In this document: positions 1 through 12,574 of the stretch, one piece after another
Layout of the letters: every line of letters begins with the position of its first letter
Numbering within the stretch: position 1 is the stretch's first letter
Assembly (NCBI RefSeq): GCF_022045235.1
Contig: NW_027266265.1
Span: forward strand, 16,988,001 to 17,052,000
Source: Haliotis cracherodii
Taxonomy: Eukaryota
Length of the DNA: 64,000 nt
Direction: 5' to 3'
Translations under genes and position numbers: made by a program
The notes under the pieces: generated by a model
Told to the model about the DNA's origin: nothing
Seen by the model: only the letters and a program-made list of their open reading frames with translations
The model's database searches: none

Positions 1-1659
1 ACCCGGATCTTCACGGGTCACATCGGTATTAAAAAGGGGCTGGTGTGGAAGCATGGCCGTTAAAAACCGGCTCATTATGTCGTAGAATCGGGTTCGAATC
101 TCTACATGTGTACAATGTTGGAAGCATATTTCTGAGCTGGGATATCTAGAATATTGCCACAAGCGGCTTAAAACACAACCCACTCACCCACTCACCCACC
201 CAGACAACTTTCCAAAACATATCTCTGTAAGTTATATTTTCTATGATCCATTGGAAAAAAATCAAACCTATCTCAATTTTCTTAAGTTTAATCAGTCATT
301 TCACGCTACAATTTACGTTAAATGTATACCCTTTATTATATGCTTCTGAATATCTATACTATACAGTAAAATTAAATGTTTTAAATATCAACAAATGAAT
401 CGTTATAAAGACCATATGAATGCACGTTATACCACACTCAATAGTATATTTGTTTAAAAACACATACAAATAGTACTTTTGAATAATGTTTACAAATAGC
501 AGATCAGCTATTTTGTTTATCATGAAAAACACAAGAAATAAACGATATAACACACTAAATGGTATATATACATATATGAGTTTCCATTTTCAAGAAATAC
601 ACGATTACAAGAATATCAAGTACTTTTTAAAATATATAGACTGAACAAAACAGGTTATGCTTCATGAATAGTTTTGAGAATATTTTATGATATTTTGTCA
701 GTTCTCAATCTTCACTACGAATAATATCCATGATCCCTAAATATTCATGACACCTAACAGTACATAATAAATAGTAAGATCAACTACGTTGTTTTTAGAT
801 AGGTAAGAATTACACGATAACAAAAATACGCTGGGAGTTCCTAGTCACCGGTACGTGTGACCCAGCAACAAGTCTCCCCCTTTGTTCAATCGGGAACGGC
901 CAACAAATGACTCCCCTTTCCATGAACCGAGTCAACACTTGTGGCTGTGACCTATATTTCACTTCGTGAATAGCTTCCTCGGAGGAGGAGATGGAGTGCG
1001 CCAGCGAGGACACAGACGAGAGTGTTCCGTGAAGCCAGTGTTTGTCCCTCGGTCGCGAGCCAGTGAGTTTTTAATAACGTGCTCATTAATTGTCGACACG
1101 CATGTCTCATTACCTGGGTTAAACATATGTAAAGATATTTTTAATATTCCGAACACGTTGTGTGCTTATAACCACAGCGGGACTCATTCCCTGTGACCCT
1201 CGTGCATGTTAAAATTTAGTTTGTGCTGGAAAGTGATCACCACGATACTGTTATTAATGTTATTACAGATTTTTACAAATATGCAGCATTTTAATTTTAA
1301 CAAATACATTTACTGAGGATCTATAACGCCACGGTAGTTTAATCAAGTATGTTTACTGTTCTACGGCTTGAAGTTTTGAAGTATTGAGATGTTATGGTAT
1401 TATAGGTAATTTGACATATCAACACTGTGTTAATTTGCAGTAGGCAACACCCGCCGAGATCGTCATATTCAGTTATGTTTGAGGTTTTCAATGCCTTTCG
1501 TCCATAATATCCTGTATTTACGATATTTTATTTAACAAAAAAACAAAAGCATTCACTGTTAACCAGCATCATGACAATAGTGTTGGTTCTCATTTCTTCG
1601 CTGACTTCCTGGGGAACAGTAAACATACGTTGTTGGTATTACGCAGTAGATGAGGGGAG

Positions 1660-1995
1660 GTGAAATGGGGTTTAACGTCGCGTCCAAGATTATTGCACTT
1701 ATATAGCGCCGTGCATGCACGTGTGTGCGTGTGCGTGTGCGTGTGCGTGTGTGTGTGTGGCTGCTAGTCTGGACTGAAGCCGATTTATAGAGCTAGCTCA
1801 CTGAGATACCATGCCGCAGTTTAACATGAATACCCCACTCAGACACAGTATACTGACTCCGAGCCCATCAGTCCTTGTTTTAGCCCCCTTATAATGCCAG
1901 GTGCCAGACAGGGTAACAACAAGTATCATATTTTAACGTCTTTTGGTATGACGCGACCGGGGATCGAACCCCGGACCTTCCGATCTCCGGGCGGT
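1660..1995 (-). mobile_element. tRNA-derived SINE, Meta-domain-like (family C)
   Basis: Reverse complement reads GGGGTTCGATCCCCGGTCGCGTCATACCAAAAGACG...TCAGTGAGCTAGCTCTATAAA. Homologous to the + copy at 13999-14255, with an internal (GT)n. Confidence 0.7.
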
Positions 1996-2056
1996 AGAAC
2001 CAGGACATGGACCTTCGAGGTGGCAGCGGCTTTAGGAGGAATGACGAATCCACGAT

Positions 2057-5000
2057 AATTGTACTGGGTGTCAAGTGTTCACGGTAATTGTACTGGGTGT
2101 CAAGTGTCCACGGTAATTGTACTGGGTGTCAAGTGTCCACGGTAATTGTACTGGGTGTCAAGTGTCCACGATGCTGTACTGGGTGTCAAGTGTCCACGGT
2201 AATTGTACTGGGTGTCAGGTGTCCACGGTAATTGTACTGGGTGTCAAGTGTCCACGATGCTGTACTGGGTGTCAAGTGTCTACATTACTTTATTCAGAAT
2301 CATACGTCCATACTGTGTTCAGAGGCAGGTGTCAGAGGGGTCCACACTGATGTACTGGGAGTCAGATGTTAATAATGGCGGACCGGGAGTCAAGTGTCCA
2401 CAATGTTGCACTGGGAGTCAGATGTTAATAATGGCGGACTCGGAGTCAAGTGTCCACAATGTTGTACTAGGAGTCACGTGTTCACAATGTTGTACTGAGA
2501 GTCAGATGATGATATTTGCGGACTGGGAGTCAGGTGTCCACAATCTTGTATTTGGAGTCAGATGTTAATAATGGCGGACTGGTAGTGAGGTGTCTACAAT
2601 GTTGTACTGGGAGTCAGGTGTTCACAATGTTGTATTTGGAATCAGATGTTAATAATGGCGGACTGGTAGTGAGGTGTTCACAATGTTGTACTGGGAGTCA
2701 GGTGTCATCAATGTTGTACTGGGAGTCAGGTGTCCTCAATGTTGTACTGGGAGTCAGGTGTCATCAATGTTGAACTGGGGGTCAGGTGTCATCAATGTTG
2801 TACTGGGAGTCAGGTGTTCACAATGTTGTACTGGGAGTCAGGTGTCCACAATGTTGTACCGGGAGTCAGGTGTTCACAATGTTGTACTGGGAGTCAGGTG
2901 TTCACAATGTTGTACTGGGAGTCAGGTGTCCTCAATGTTGTACTGGGAGTCAGGTGTCATCAATGTTGTACTTGGAGTCAGGTGTCATCAATGTTGTACT
3001 GGGAGTCAGGTGTTCACAATGTTGTACTGGGAGTCAGGTGTCATCAATGTTGTACTGGGAATCAGGTGTCCTCAATGTTGTACTGGGAGTCAGGTGTCAA
3101 CAATGTTGTACTGGGAGTCAGGTGTCATCAATGTTGTACTGGGAGTCAGGTGTTCACAATGTTGTACTGGGAGTCAGGTGTCCACAATGTTGTACTTGGA
3201 GTCAGGTGTTCACAATGTTGTACTGGGAGTCAGGTGTTCACAATGTTGTACTGGGAGTCAGGTGTCCTCAATGTTGTACTGGGAGTCAGGTGTCATCAAT
3301 GTTGTACTTGGAGTCAGGTGTCATCAATGTTGTACTGGGAGTCAGGTGTTCACAATGTTGTACTGGGAGTCAGGTGTCCTCAATGTTGTACTGGGAGTCA
3401 GGTGTCATCAATGTTGTACTTGGAGTCAGGTGTCATCAATGTTGTACTGGGAGTCAGGTGTTCACAATGTTGTACTGGGAGTCAGGTGTCATCAATGTTG
3501 TACTGGGAATCAGGTGTCCTCAATGTTGTACTGGGAGTCAGGTGTCAACAATGTTGTACTGGGAGTCAGGTGTCATCAATGTTGTACTGGGAGTCAGGTG
3601 TTCACAATGTTGTACTGGGAGTCAGGTGTCCACAATGTTGTACTTGGAGTCAGGTGTTCACAATGTTGTACTGGGAGTCAGGTGTTCACAATGTTGTACT
3701 GGGAGTCAGGTGTCCTCAATGTTGTACTGGGAGTCAGGTGTCATCAATGTTGTACTTGGAGTCAGGTGTCATCAATGTTGTACTGGGAGTCAGGTGTCCA
3801 CAATGTTGTACTGGGAGTCAGGTGTTCACAATGTTGTACTGGGAATCAGGTGTTCACAATGTTGTACTGGGAGTCAGGTGTCTACAATGTTGTACTGGGA
3901 GTCAGGTGTCATCAATGTTGTACTGGGAGTCAGGTGTCCACAATGTTGTACTGGGAGTCAGGTGTCCACAATGTTGTACTGGGAGTCAGGTGTCTACAAT
4001 GCTGTACTGGGAGTCAGGTGTCATCAATGTTGTACTGGGAGTCAGGTGTCATCAATGTTGTACTGGGAGTCAGGTGTCCTCAATGTTGTACTGGGGGTCA
4101 GGTGTCATCAATGTTGTACTGGGAGTCAGGTGTTCACAATGTTGTACTGGGAGTCAGGTGTCCACAATGTTGTACCGGGAGTCAGGTGTTCACAATGTTG
4201 TACTGGGAGTCAGGTGTTCACAATGTTGTACTGGGAGTCAGGTGTCCTCAATGTTGTACTGGGAGTCAGGTGTCATCAATGTTGTACTGGGAGCCAGGTG
4301 TCCTCAATGTTGTACTGGGAGTCAGGTGTCATCAATGTTGTACTGGGAGTCAGGTGTCCACAATGTTGTACTGGGAGCCAGGTGTCATCAATGTTGTACT
4401 GGGAGCCAGGTGTCATCAATGTTGTACTTGGAGTCAGGTGTCCTCAATGTTGTACTGGGAGCCAGGTGTCATCAATGTTGTACTGGGAGTTAGGTGTTCA
4501 CAATGTTGTACTGGGAGTCAGGTGTCTACAATGTTGTACTGGGAGTCAGGTGTCCTCAATGTTGTACTGGGAGTTAGGTGTCCTCAATGTTGTACTGGGA
4601 CCCAGGTGTCATCAATGTTGTACTAGGAGTCAGGTGTCATCAATGTTGTACTGGGAGCCAGGTGTCCTCAATGTTGTACTGGGAATCAGGTGTCATCAAT
4701 GTTGTACTGGGAGTCAGGTGTCCTCAATGTTGTACTGGGAGTCAGGTGTCTACAATGTTGTACTGGGAGTCAGGTGTCATCAATGTTGTACTGGGAGTCA
4801 GGTGTCCACAATGTTGTACTGGGAGTCAGGTGTCCACAATGTTGTACTGGGAGTCAGGTGTCTACAATGCTGTACTGGGAGCCAGGTGTCATCAATGTTG
4901 TACTGGGAGTCAGGTGTCATCAATGTTGTACTGGGAGTCAGGTGTCCTCAATGTTGTACTGGGAGTCAGGTGTCTACAATGTTGTGCTGGGAGTCAAGTG

Positions 5001-6725
5001 TCCACAATGTTGTACTAGGAGTCACGTGTTCACAATGTTGTACTGGGAGTCAGATGATGATATTTGCGGACTGGGAGTCAGGTGTCCACAATCTTGTATT
5101 TGGAGTCAGATGTTAATAATGGCGGACTGGTAGTGAGGTGTCTACAATGTTGCACTGGGAGTCAGGTGTCTACAATGTTGTACTGGGAGCCAGGTGTCCA
5201 CAATGTTGTACTGGGAGTCAGGTGTCCTCAATGTTGTACTGGGAGCCAGGTGTCATCAATGTTGTACTGGGAGTCAGGTGTCCTCAATGTTGTACTGGGA
5301 GTCAGGTGTCCTCAATGTTGTACTGGGAGCCAGGTGTCCTCAATGTTGTACTGGGAGTCAGGTGTCATCAATGTTGTACTGGGAGTCAGGTGTCCACAAT
5401 GTTGTACTGGGAGCCAGGTGTCATCAATGTTGTACTGGGAGCCAGGTGTCATCAATGTTGTACTTGGAGTCAGGTGTCCTCAATGTTGTACTGGGAGCCA
5501 GGTGTCATCAATGTTGTACTGGGAGTTAGGTGTTCACAATGTTGTACTGGGAGTCAGGTGTCTACAATGTTGTACTGGGAGTCAGGTGTCATCAATGTTG
5601 TACTGGGAGTTAGGTGTCCTCAATGTTGTACTGGGACCCAGGTGTCATCAATGTTGTACTGGGAGTCAGGTGTCATCAATGTTGTACTGGGAGCCAGGTG
5701 TCCTCAATGTTGTACTGGCAATCAGGTGTCATCAATGTTGTACTGGGAGTCAGGTGTCCTCAATGTTGTACTGGGAGTCAGGTGTCTACAATGTTGTACT
5801 GGGAATCAGGTGTCATCAATGTTGTACTTGGAGTCAGGTGTCCTCAATGTTGTACTGGGAGCCAGGTGTCATCAATGTTGTACTGGGAATCAGGTGTCAT
5901 CAATGTTGTACTGGGAGTCAGGTGTCTACAATGTTGTACTGGGAGTCAGGTGTCATCAATGTTGTACTGGGAGCCAGGTGTCATCAATGTTGTACTGGGA
6001 ATCAGGTGTCATCAATGTTGTACTGGGAGTCAGGTGTCATCAATGTTGTACTGGGAGTCAGGTGTCCACAATGTTGTACTGGGAGTCAGGTGTCATCAAT
6101 GTTGTACTGGGAGTCAGGTGTCCACAATGTTGTACTGGGAGTCAGGTGTCTACAATGTTGTACTGGGAGTCAGGTGTCATCAATGTTGTACTGGGAGCCA
6201 GGTGTCATCAATGTTGTACTGGGAGTCAGGTGTCCACAATGTTGTACTGGGAGTCAGGTGTCATCAATGTTGTACTGGGAGCCAGGTGTCATCAATGTTG
6301 TACTGGGAATCAGGTGTCATCAATGTTGTACTGGGAGTCAGGTGTCATCAATGTTGTACTGGGAGTCAGGTGTCATCAATGTTGTACTGGGAGTCAGGTG
6401 TCCACAATGTAATACTGGGAGTCAGGTGTCCACAATGTTGTACTGGGAGTCAGGTGTTCACAATGTTGTAATTGGAGTCAGATTTTAATAATGGCGGACT
6501 GGTAGTGAGGTGTCCACAATGTTGTACTGGGATCCACGTGTTCAAAATGTTGTACTAGGTGTCCATAATGTTAATAATGGCGGACTGGGACTCAGGTGTT
6601 CACAATGTTGTACTGGGATCCACGTGTTCACAATGTTGTACTGGGTGTCAGGTGTCCATAATGTTGTACAGATAGGCAGGTGTCCACAAAGTTGTATTGG
6701 TAGTCAAGTGTCCACACTGCTGTAT
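2057..6725. repeat. 28-bp tandem repeat, ~165 units, consensus CAATGTTGTACTGGGAGTCAGGTGTCAT
   Basis: Periodicity is directly visible, with variant endings tcat/tcct/ttca/tcca/tcta. The overlapping ORFs in all three + frames have a 28-aa period, which is an artefact of the array. Confidence 0.97.
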
Positions 6726-7743
6726 GTTATACACGACAATGTTATTATTGGATGTCAGGTACCGGTAATTATGTTACCTGCAACTGCAATCATTTAGTTG
6801 GAACCATAGGTTGAGTTGATGCCACAAAAACACTTGTGAGTAAAGAAAGGATGACCGCCTACCAGCTATCAACTGTCACCATGCAGGCTAAACGTGTGTT
6901 TAATCTTGAACCCGAGGCGTACTTATCGATTCTGGTTCATCAACACATTATGTGACCGGCCCCAGGGTTTATCACTCCTCGCAGGCTGCTCGCAAATAAT
7001 CTGGGTTATAATAGTGTAAGTCCCAATACAGCAGAATAAACATAAACATAAACAATGTCACACGTGTATACCGACAACACCATACACATTGTATTTATCA
7101 TAACAATTCTTAGATTCACGACAACATGTATACATCTTGAATAATTGACTCTATTTTAAAAAAAAAGATAACAAAAAAACCCATGCGTTTCCATGAACTT
7201 CAATTTCCTAGAAACAATTTTATGACATTAATCATAACCGCCACGGTGCGTTACGAGACCTGTCACTTCTTCTCTAAACGTATCCTGTTTGTTCACTTAA
7301 TGTGCACTTTACACATGCTTTGTAGATGTCGTAGTACTACTCAAAAGAAGGACCGCCTGGTTCTTACATCCAAATATCGTTACCCTGTCATAGCATACCA
7401 CATTAACTCTAGTGATATGAAAGAATCTGGTGGTCCTCAACCTCTTTTGCGGAGTATGTCATCATCCTGGACATATTCTGTTTACAAATATTACTATTCA
7501 CTTACAAAGCAGAAGATACTAAATATGTAATATGAGAACGAAAATGTATATCAAAGACCTCACTGTTTAATAATTTCTAATTAAACAAAGGAAAGAAGAG
7601 ATGTCTTTGAATACATGATATAGGTGTATGGAAACTGAACCTTTGATTGATGCACATAACAAAGAATTGCACAATCCATCACCGCGAATGAAAAGTGTAT
7701 TTCGAGTGCATTACGTCAGCGGACCAGCGAGTATGTAGACGAG

Positions 7744-8253
7744 GTATGTCTCTTACTGTTTGGGATTTTGAATCGAGATAAGTTATTTTGTCAGCTACAG
7801 CTTCAAAACCAGATATTATTTATATTTAAAATTATGAGCCTGGATTTTGATTTTATAAACAACACCTCGTGACAATGTAAATTTTGTGGCAGGCATTTTT
7901 GTCAACAGTAGGTTCAGTAAATTTGGTGGACAATTAAAACAATTTATAATTTATGAGCCTGGATTTTGATTTTATAAACAACACCTCGTGACAATGTAAA
8001 TTTTGTGGCAGGCATTTTTGTCAACAGTAGGTTCAGTAAATTTGGTGGACAATTAAATTTTTGGGATAAAATCCCAAACCTAATTCAGAATTACAATATA
8101 TCATCTATTTGACGACGGCCTATAAAAAATTAAGTCTATGCCATCCAAACCAGTAATTAAAAATATGAGCACCATCCCACGTTATCTCTTATACGGAGTT
8201 AAACAACATTCACTCATCACACGTATTATTAACTAGTCTATGTTTGTTTTCAG
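7744..8253 (+). other. Probable 5'-UTR intron of TLR-A
   Basis: Donor GAG|GTATGT at 7744 and pyrimidine-rich acceptor TGTTTGTTTTCAG|ATAT at 8253. The same AG|ATAT acceptor precedes TLR-C and TLR-D. Confidence 0.55.
7832..8057. repeat. ~107-bp direct duplication (offset 119 bp)
   Basis: TTATGAGCCTGGATTTTG...GGACAATTAAA occurs at 7832 and 7951. Confidence 0.9.
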
Positions 8254-8381
8254 ATATCATCTGCCAAGATGGATGTTTTTCTGACGAATTGTAAAACACC
8301 CAAATGACCTTTTGGTACCGACTGTCACAAACCAGAGGTTGTGTCATCGATCGAACGACCAAGTGATGAAGCAGGAATGAT

Positions 8382-10415
8382 ATGATGGAGAAACTGTTCT
8401 ATTTTCAAGCTCTCTTGTCCGGCACAGGGATGTCGTCCCGTTTAATCCTCATAATATTCAATTTGGCAATTCTAAGTGTCTTTAAACTATCATATGTCAT
8501 GTCGATTGGTGATTCGACAACTCATGTGAGACATGTGTCTATATTGGGAACAAGCCGACACCTGCCCACTGAGTGGGAGACAACGTGTAGGCAGGACTCT
8601 CATCTAAACTCCTCTTTTGTATCTATTTCGTGTACGGTGACAGTAGATGATGTATGGGATTTAAATCACTTCCGGAACTGGTCAGCCATATTGGATAATG
8701 ACACCCTTGTGTCTCTGGATGTAATGTGTGAAACTGGAGCCAGCGTCTGTCTCCCTTGGCCGTACCGAGCCAGACATCTGGACACACTGAAGATCAGGAA
8801 TTGCACCAACACGTGCTACTTCTCAGACTTCAACCAACCGGAAGTATTGGATATTCCTGACTCCCTGAGGGTGTTTGAAGGATATGGTGTGACTGAACAG
8901 GTTAACGTTATGGATATGTTGTCTGTCGACCTGAAGAGTCTCCCTCCTGCATTGGAGTGTGGACCGATGTCCTTAGAGGTATTCATCTACAGGAACACCA
9001 CGGCAGATTTTATATATCCAGAGGGATTCTTTCCAAAGGAAGGGGACTCCGTAACTGACGAGTTTGTACAAACGACGCGGGATATCAACAGTCTTGAACA
9101 TGTATGTCGCTATAGAAATATGAAGGTTTATGATTTGAGCCAAAGGACTGATGCCACGGGAGCCTTAATATATTCTACTTTCATCAACTCTCTATTTCCC
9201 CAGCTCAGAACACTAAACTTCTCAGACACAGAATTACAAGTTTATCCTTCAATTTTGGAAACATGGAGACTCCGCTTTGAGAAGCTGCAAACTTTGGACC
9301 TCTCTCATAATAATATCTCTCGTTTTGACTTGAGAGATATGAGTCTTATTTCTCAAGGTACTGGTCTAATAGACCTCAGGTATAATAGCATTCGCACTAT
9401 AGGCATCCAAGAAATAAATTCTTTTTCAAAAACAAAAGGCGCAGTAATTGACATAAGAAACAATCCTTTTAGATGTGATTGCGCTATGGCAAACTTTAGT
9501 GACTACCTCCAGAAGAATATAAAAAAAGATCAAGGTGAGAATATAAACATTAACTACAGCTATCTTTGGGACTTGAAATGTGTTTCCCCTCAAAGGTTTC
9601 GCGGAAAAGCGATCAGAAGCCTTTCAAAAGAGGTGTTGTGTTCCACGGATACGACTGCCTATGTCGCTCAGATAGCAGTCCTGTGTGTAATCGTAATCAT
9701 TTTGATAATCACTATTATTGTAACGACAAGATATAGGAAGGAGATAACCATTCTTGCTTTCACGCGTTTCAATATTCTTCTTCCATGTCAACCGATTGAA
9801 AACTCAAGCAATAAGACATACGACGCTTTTGTGGCCTACAGTCACCATGACACCACATGGGTTGTGAAAACTCTCCTCCCTCGACTAGAGAGTGGTTCCC
9901 CTGACGGAAATAACTTCCGGTTATGTCTTCACCAGCGAGACTTTGCAGTTGGCGCCGCTATAGCTGACAACATTTGTCAGAGCGTTGAGGCAAGCAGACA
10001 CACTATCCTGGTGTTGTCTAGGAAGTTTCTGGAGAGCGAGTGGTGTTTGATGGAGTTCCGCACTGCCTTCCACCAGAGTCTCATTGAGAAGAAGAAACAT
10101 CTGATTCTGGTCCTCCTTGAGGACATCCCCGTGAATGATCTTGACGCGGACTTTCGGCGTTGTATGCAGACATGGACGTACATTCACATCTCTGACAAAC
10201 TTTTTTGGGATAGAATCGTGTATTCGTTAACCGACAAAAGTAAACCAAAAAGGAAATCAATCGCTGCAAAAGACGAATGCTCTGACATACACAATCCACA
10301 GACCAGTGCAAGTGACTCTTTTGATCATGTCAACACCAACCTACCAGAACAATATGATCTTTGCCAGTATATTGAAAAGGAATCAAGGTCAGCTGACCAT
10401 ATCACTGATTTTTGA
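8382..10415 (+). CDS. Toll-like receptor A (short LRR ectodomain, TM, TIR); true start may be Met at 8430
   Basis: 677-aa ORF with a hydrophobic leader, LRRs (LQTLDLSHNNI, LIDLRYNSI), LRR-CT NPFRCDC...C...P...C, TM IAVLCVIVIILIITIIV, and TIR boxes YDAFVAYS / LCLHQRDFAVG / SEWC..EF / FWDRI. Confidence 0.95.
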   Translation: MMEKLFYFQALLSGTGMSSRLILIIFNLAILSVFKLSYVMSIGDSTTHVRHVSILGTSRHLPTEWETTCRQDSHLNSSFVSISCTVTVDDVWDLNHFRNWSAILDNDTLVSLDVMCETGASVCLPWPYRARHLDTLKIRNCTNTCYFSDFNQPEVLDIPDSLRVFEGYGVTEQVNVMDMLSVDLKSLPPALECGPMSLEVFIYRNTTADFIYPEGFFPKEGDSVTDEFVQTTRDINSLEHVCRYRNMKVYDLSQRTDATGALIYSTFINSLFPQLRTLNFSDTELQVYPSILETWRLRFEKLQTLDLSHNNISRFDLRDMSLISQGTGLIDLRYNSIRTIGIQEINSFSKTKGAVIDIRNNPFRCDCAMANFSDYLQKNIKKDQGENININYSYLWDLKCVSPQRFRGKAIRSLSKEVLCSTDTTAYVAQIAVLCVIVIILIITIIVTTRYRKEITILAFTRFNILLPCQPIENSSNKTYDAFVAYSHHDTTWVVKTLLPRLESGSPDGNNFRLCLHQRDFAVGAAIADNICQSVEASRHTILVLSRKFLESEWCLMEFRTAFHQSLIEKKKHLILVLLEDIPVNDLDADFRRCMQTWTYIHISDKLFWDRIVYSLTDKSKPKRKSIAAKDECSDIHNPQTSASDSFDHVNTNLPEQYDLCQYIEKESRSADHITDF

Positions 10416-10884
10416 TTCCACTGTTTGTACTTTCATATACTGAAAAGGACTGAGACTATAAGTAAACGCTTATGCTCTCTCTGTGTTGTCTCTTTAGTTG
10501 ATTTACGGGCTACTTTCAACGAACCAAGGATCATTAGTGGGAATTCAAGAATTATTATATTTGCTGAATAATAGAAATGTTTAGTATTTGATAAATTGTT
10601 TTTTTAATGTTTTCATTAAAGAAACAATTTCGTTGACGAGTTTTATGTATGATTAGCACGGAAGGTGGGTTTGCCCAGTTGCTTGATTCGGGTACATCGG
10701 TTACCCACATGCGTTTCATGTTGGGTTTGGATGTCATTTGGTGATTTGATGCTGAAAGCGGCATAAACCAAAACTCACTCACAATGAGTCATATTTGAGA
10801 AATTCTGATTTAACCCAAGTACCTTGCACCATCGAAAACATACATATATATGGAGTGTGAGATCGATTGTAACAATGTGACACT

Positions 10885-12090
10885 ACATACTTATAATATG
10901 CTTATGGTTATGATTTACTACATTGTTAGGATATACTACATGTTTATGACATCCTACATGGTTATGGTATACTACATGGTTATGGTATACGACATTGTTA
11001 TGGTATACTACATGGTTATGGTATACCACATGGTCATGGTATACTACATGGTCATGGTATACTACATTGTTAGGATATACTACATGGTCATGATATACTA
11101 CATGGTCATGGTATACTACATTGTTAGGATATACTACATGGTCATGATATACTACAAGGTTACGATAAACTACATGGTCATGGTATACTACATGGTTATG
11201 GTATACTACATTGTTAGGATATACCACATGGTTATGACATACTACAAGGTTACGATAAACTACATGGTCATGGTATACTACATGGTTATGGTATACTACA
11301 TTGTTATGATATACTACATGGTCATGATATACTACATGGTTATGACATACTACAAGGTTCCGATAAACTACATGGTCATGGTATACTACATAGTTATGGT
11401 ATACTACATTGTTAGGATATACTACATGGTTATGATATACTACATGGTTATGACATACTACAAGGTTACGATAAACTACATGGTCATGGTATACTACATG
11501 GTTATGGTATACTACATTGTTAGGATATACTACATGGTCATGATATACTACATGGTTATGATATACTACATGGTTATGACATACTACATGGTTATGATAA
11601 ACTACATGGTCATGGTATACTACATGGTTATGGTATACTACATTGTTAGGATATACTATATGGTCATGATATACTACATGGTCATGATATACTACATGGT
11701 TATGACATACTACAAGGTTACGATAAACTACAGGGTCATGGTATACTACATGGTTATGGTATACTACATTGTTAGGATATACTACATGGTTATGATATAC
11801 TACTTGGTTATGACATACTACAAGGTTACGATAAACTACATGGTCATGGTATACTACATGGTTATGGTATACTACATTGTTAGGATATACTACATGGTCA
11901 TGTTATACTACATGGTTATGGTATACTACATGGTCATGATATACTACATGGTCATGGTATACTACATGGTTATGATACACTACATTGTTAGGATATACTA
12001 CATGGTTATGGTATACTACATTGTTAGGATAAACTACATGGTTAAGATCCAGCACATGGCTATGGTATATTTCATGGTTGTGGTATTTTT
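10885..12090. repeat. 18-bp tandem repeat ATATACTACATGGTTATG (array 1)
   Basis: Direct periodicity; produces the (MVMVYY)n ORF 10850-12103. Confidence 0.95.
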
Positions 12091-12574
12091 CGTGGTCACG
12101 TGATAGTTGATAGTAAATTATATGTAAAGTTTAATATGTAAAAAATAATATTTGTTTGATAGGCATTACTTAGAAGTTGATGGATGACAAAGTGGACACA
12201 ACTTCTTTAATACTGTAAAGGCGACGTTTATGGATAACATCTTCTTTTGTCTACTTTGTGAAAAATCTGGCAAATTAAGGTTAGTTGGGTGACATTAATA
12301 AGGGATTATTTGGTTATTGTCGGAAGTTATCGGTGAGATAATTCTTGGTCGTTTTAAGAAAGGGTAAGGGATGTACACGAGCAAGTTTGGGATTTAAAAT
12401 CTTGAAAGTTAACATTTGAAACATTTTTAACTGATTTTGATAAGATAAAATACAATGTAGGTTTAGGTTCTATAAAAAAGGTAGATGAATTGAATCTAAA
12501 ATGGCACATTGTTACGTTTATTTTAGTTTTGTGAAAACGACGAAGACATTTCGCTTTTGATTTGGCAGTGGCCA

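Noticed and set aside
830-1195. NF-kB-like words (GGGAGTTCC, GGGACTCATTCC) and short ORFs
   Set aside because: Imperfect matches with no linked gene in the window.
2117-6797. Long Cys-rich ORFs (up to 776 aa)
   Set aside because: They overlap in all three frames with the same peptide cycle, which follows from a stop-free 28-bp unit. There is no unique coding sequence.
9936-9953. BB-loop RDFAVG lacking the proline, read as loss of signalling
   Set aside because: Val at this position occurs in functional invertebrate Toll proteins and is shared by all three TIRs.
9921-10311. Antisense ORFs repeated over each TIR
   Set aside because: Shadows of the near-identical TIR DNA, with no independent evidence.
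10850-12103. 417-aa (MVMVYY)n ORF and His-rich antisense ORFs (also 18987-19601)
   Set aside because: Translation of an 18-bp satellite that recurs elsewhere broken by transposons.
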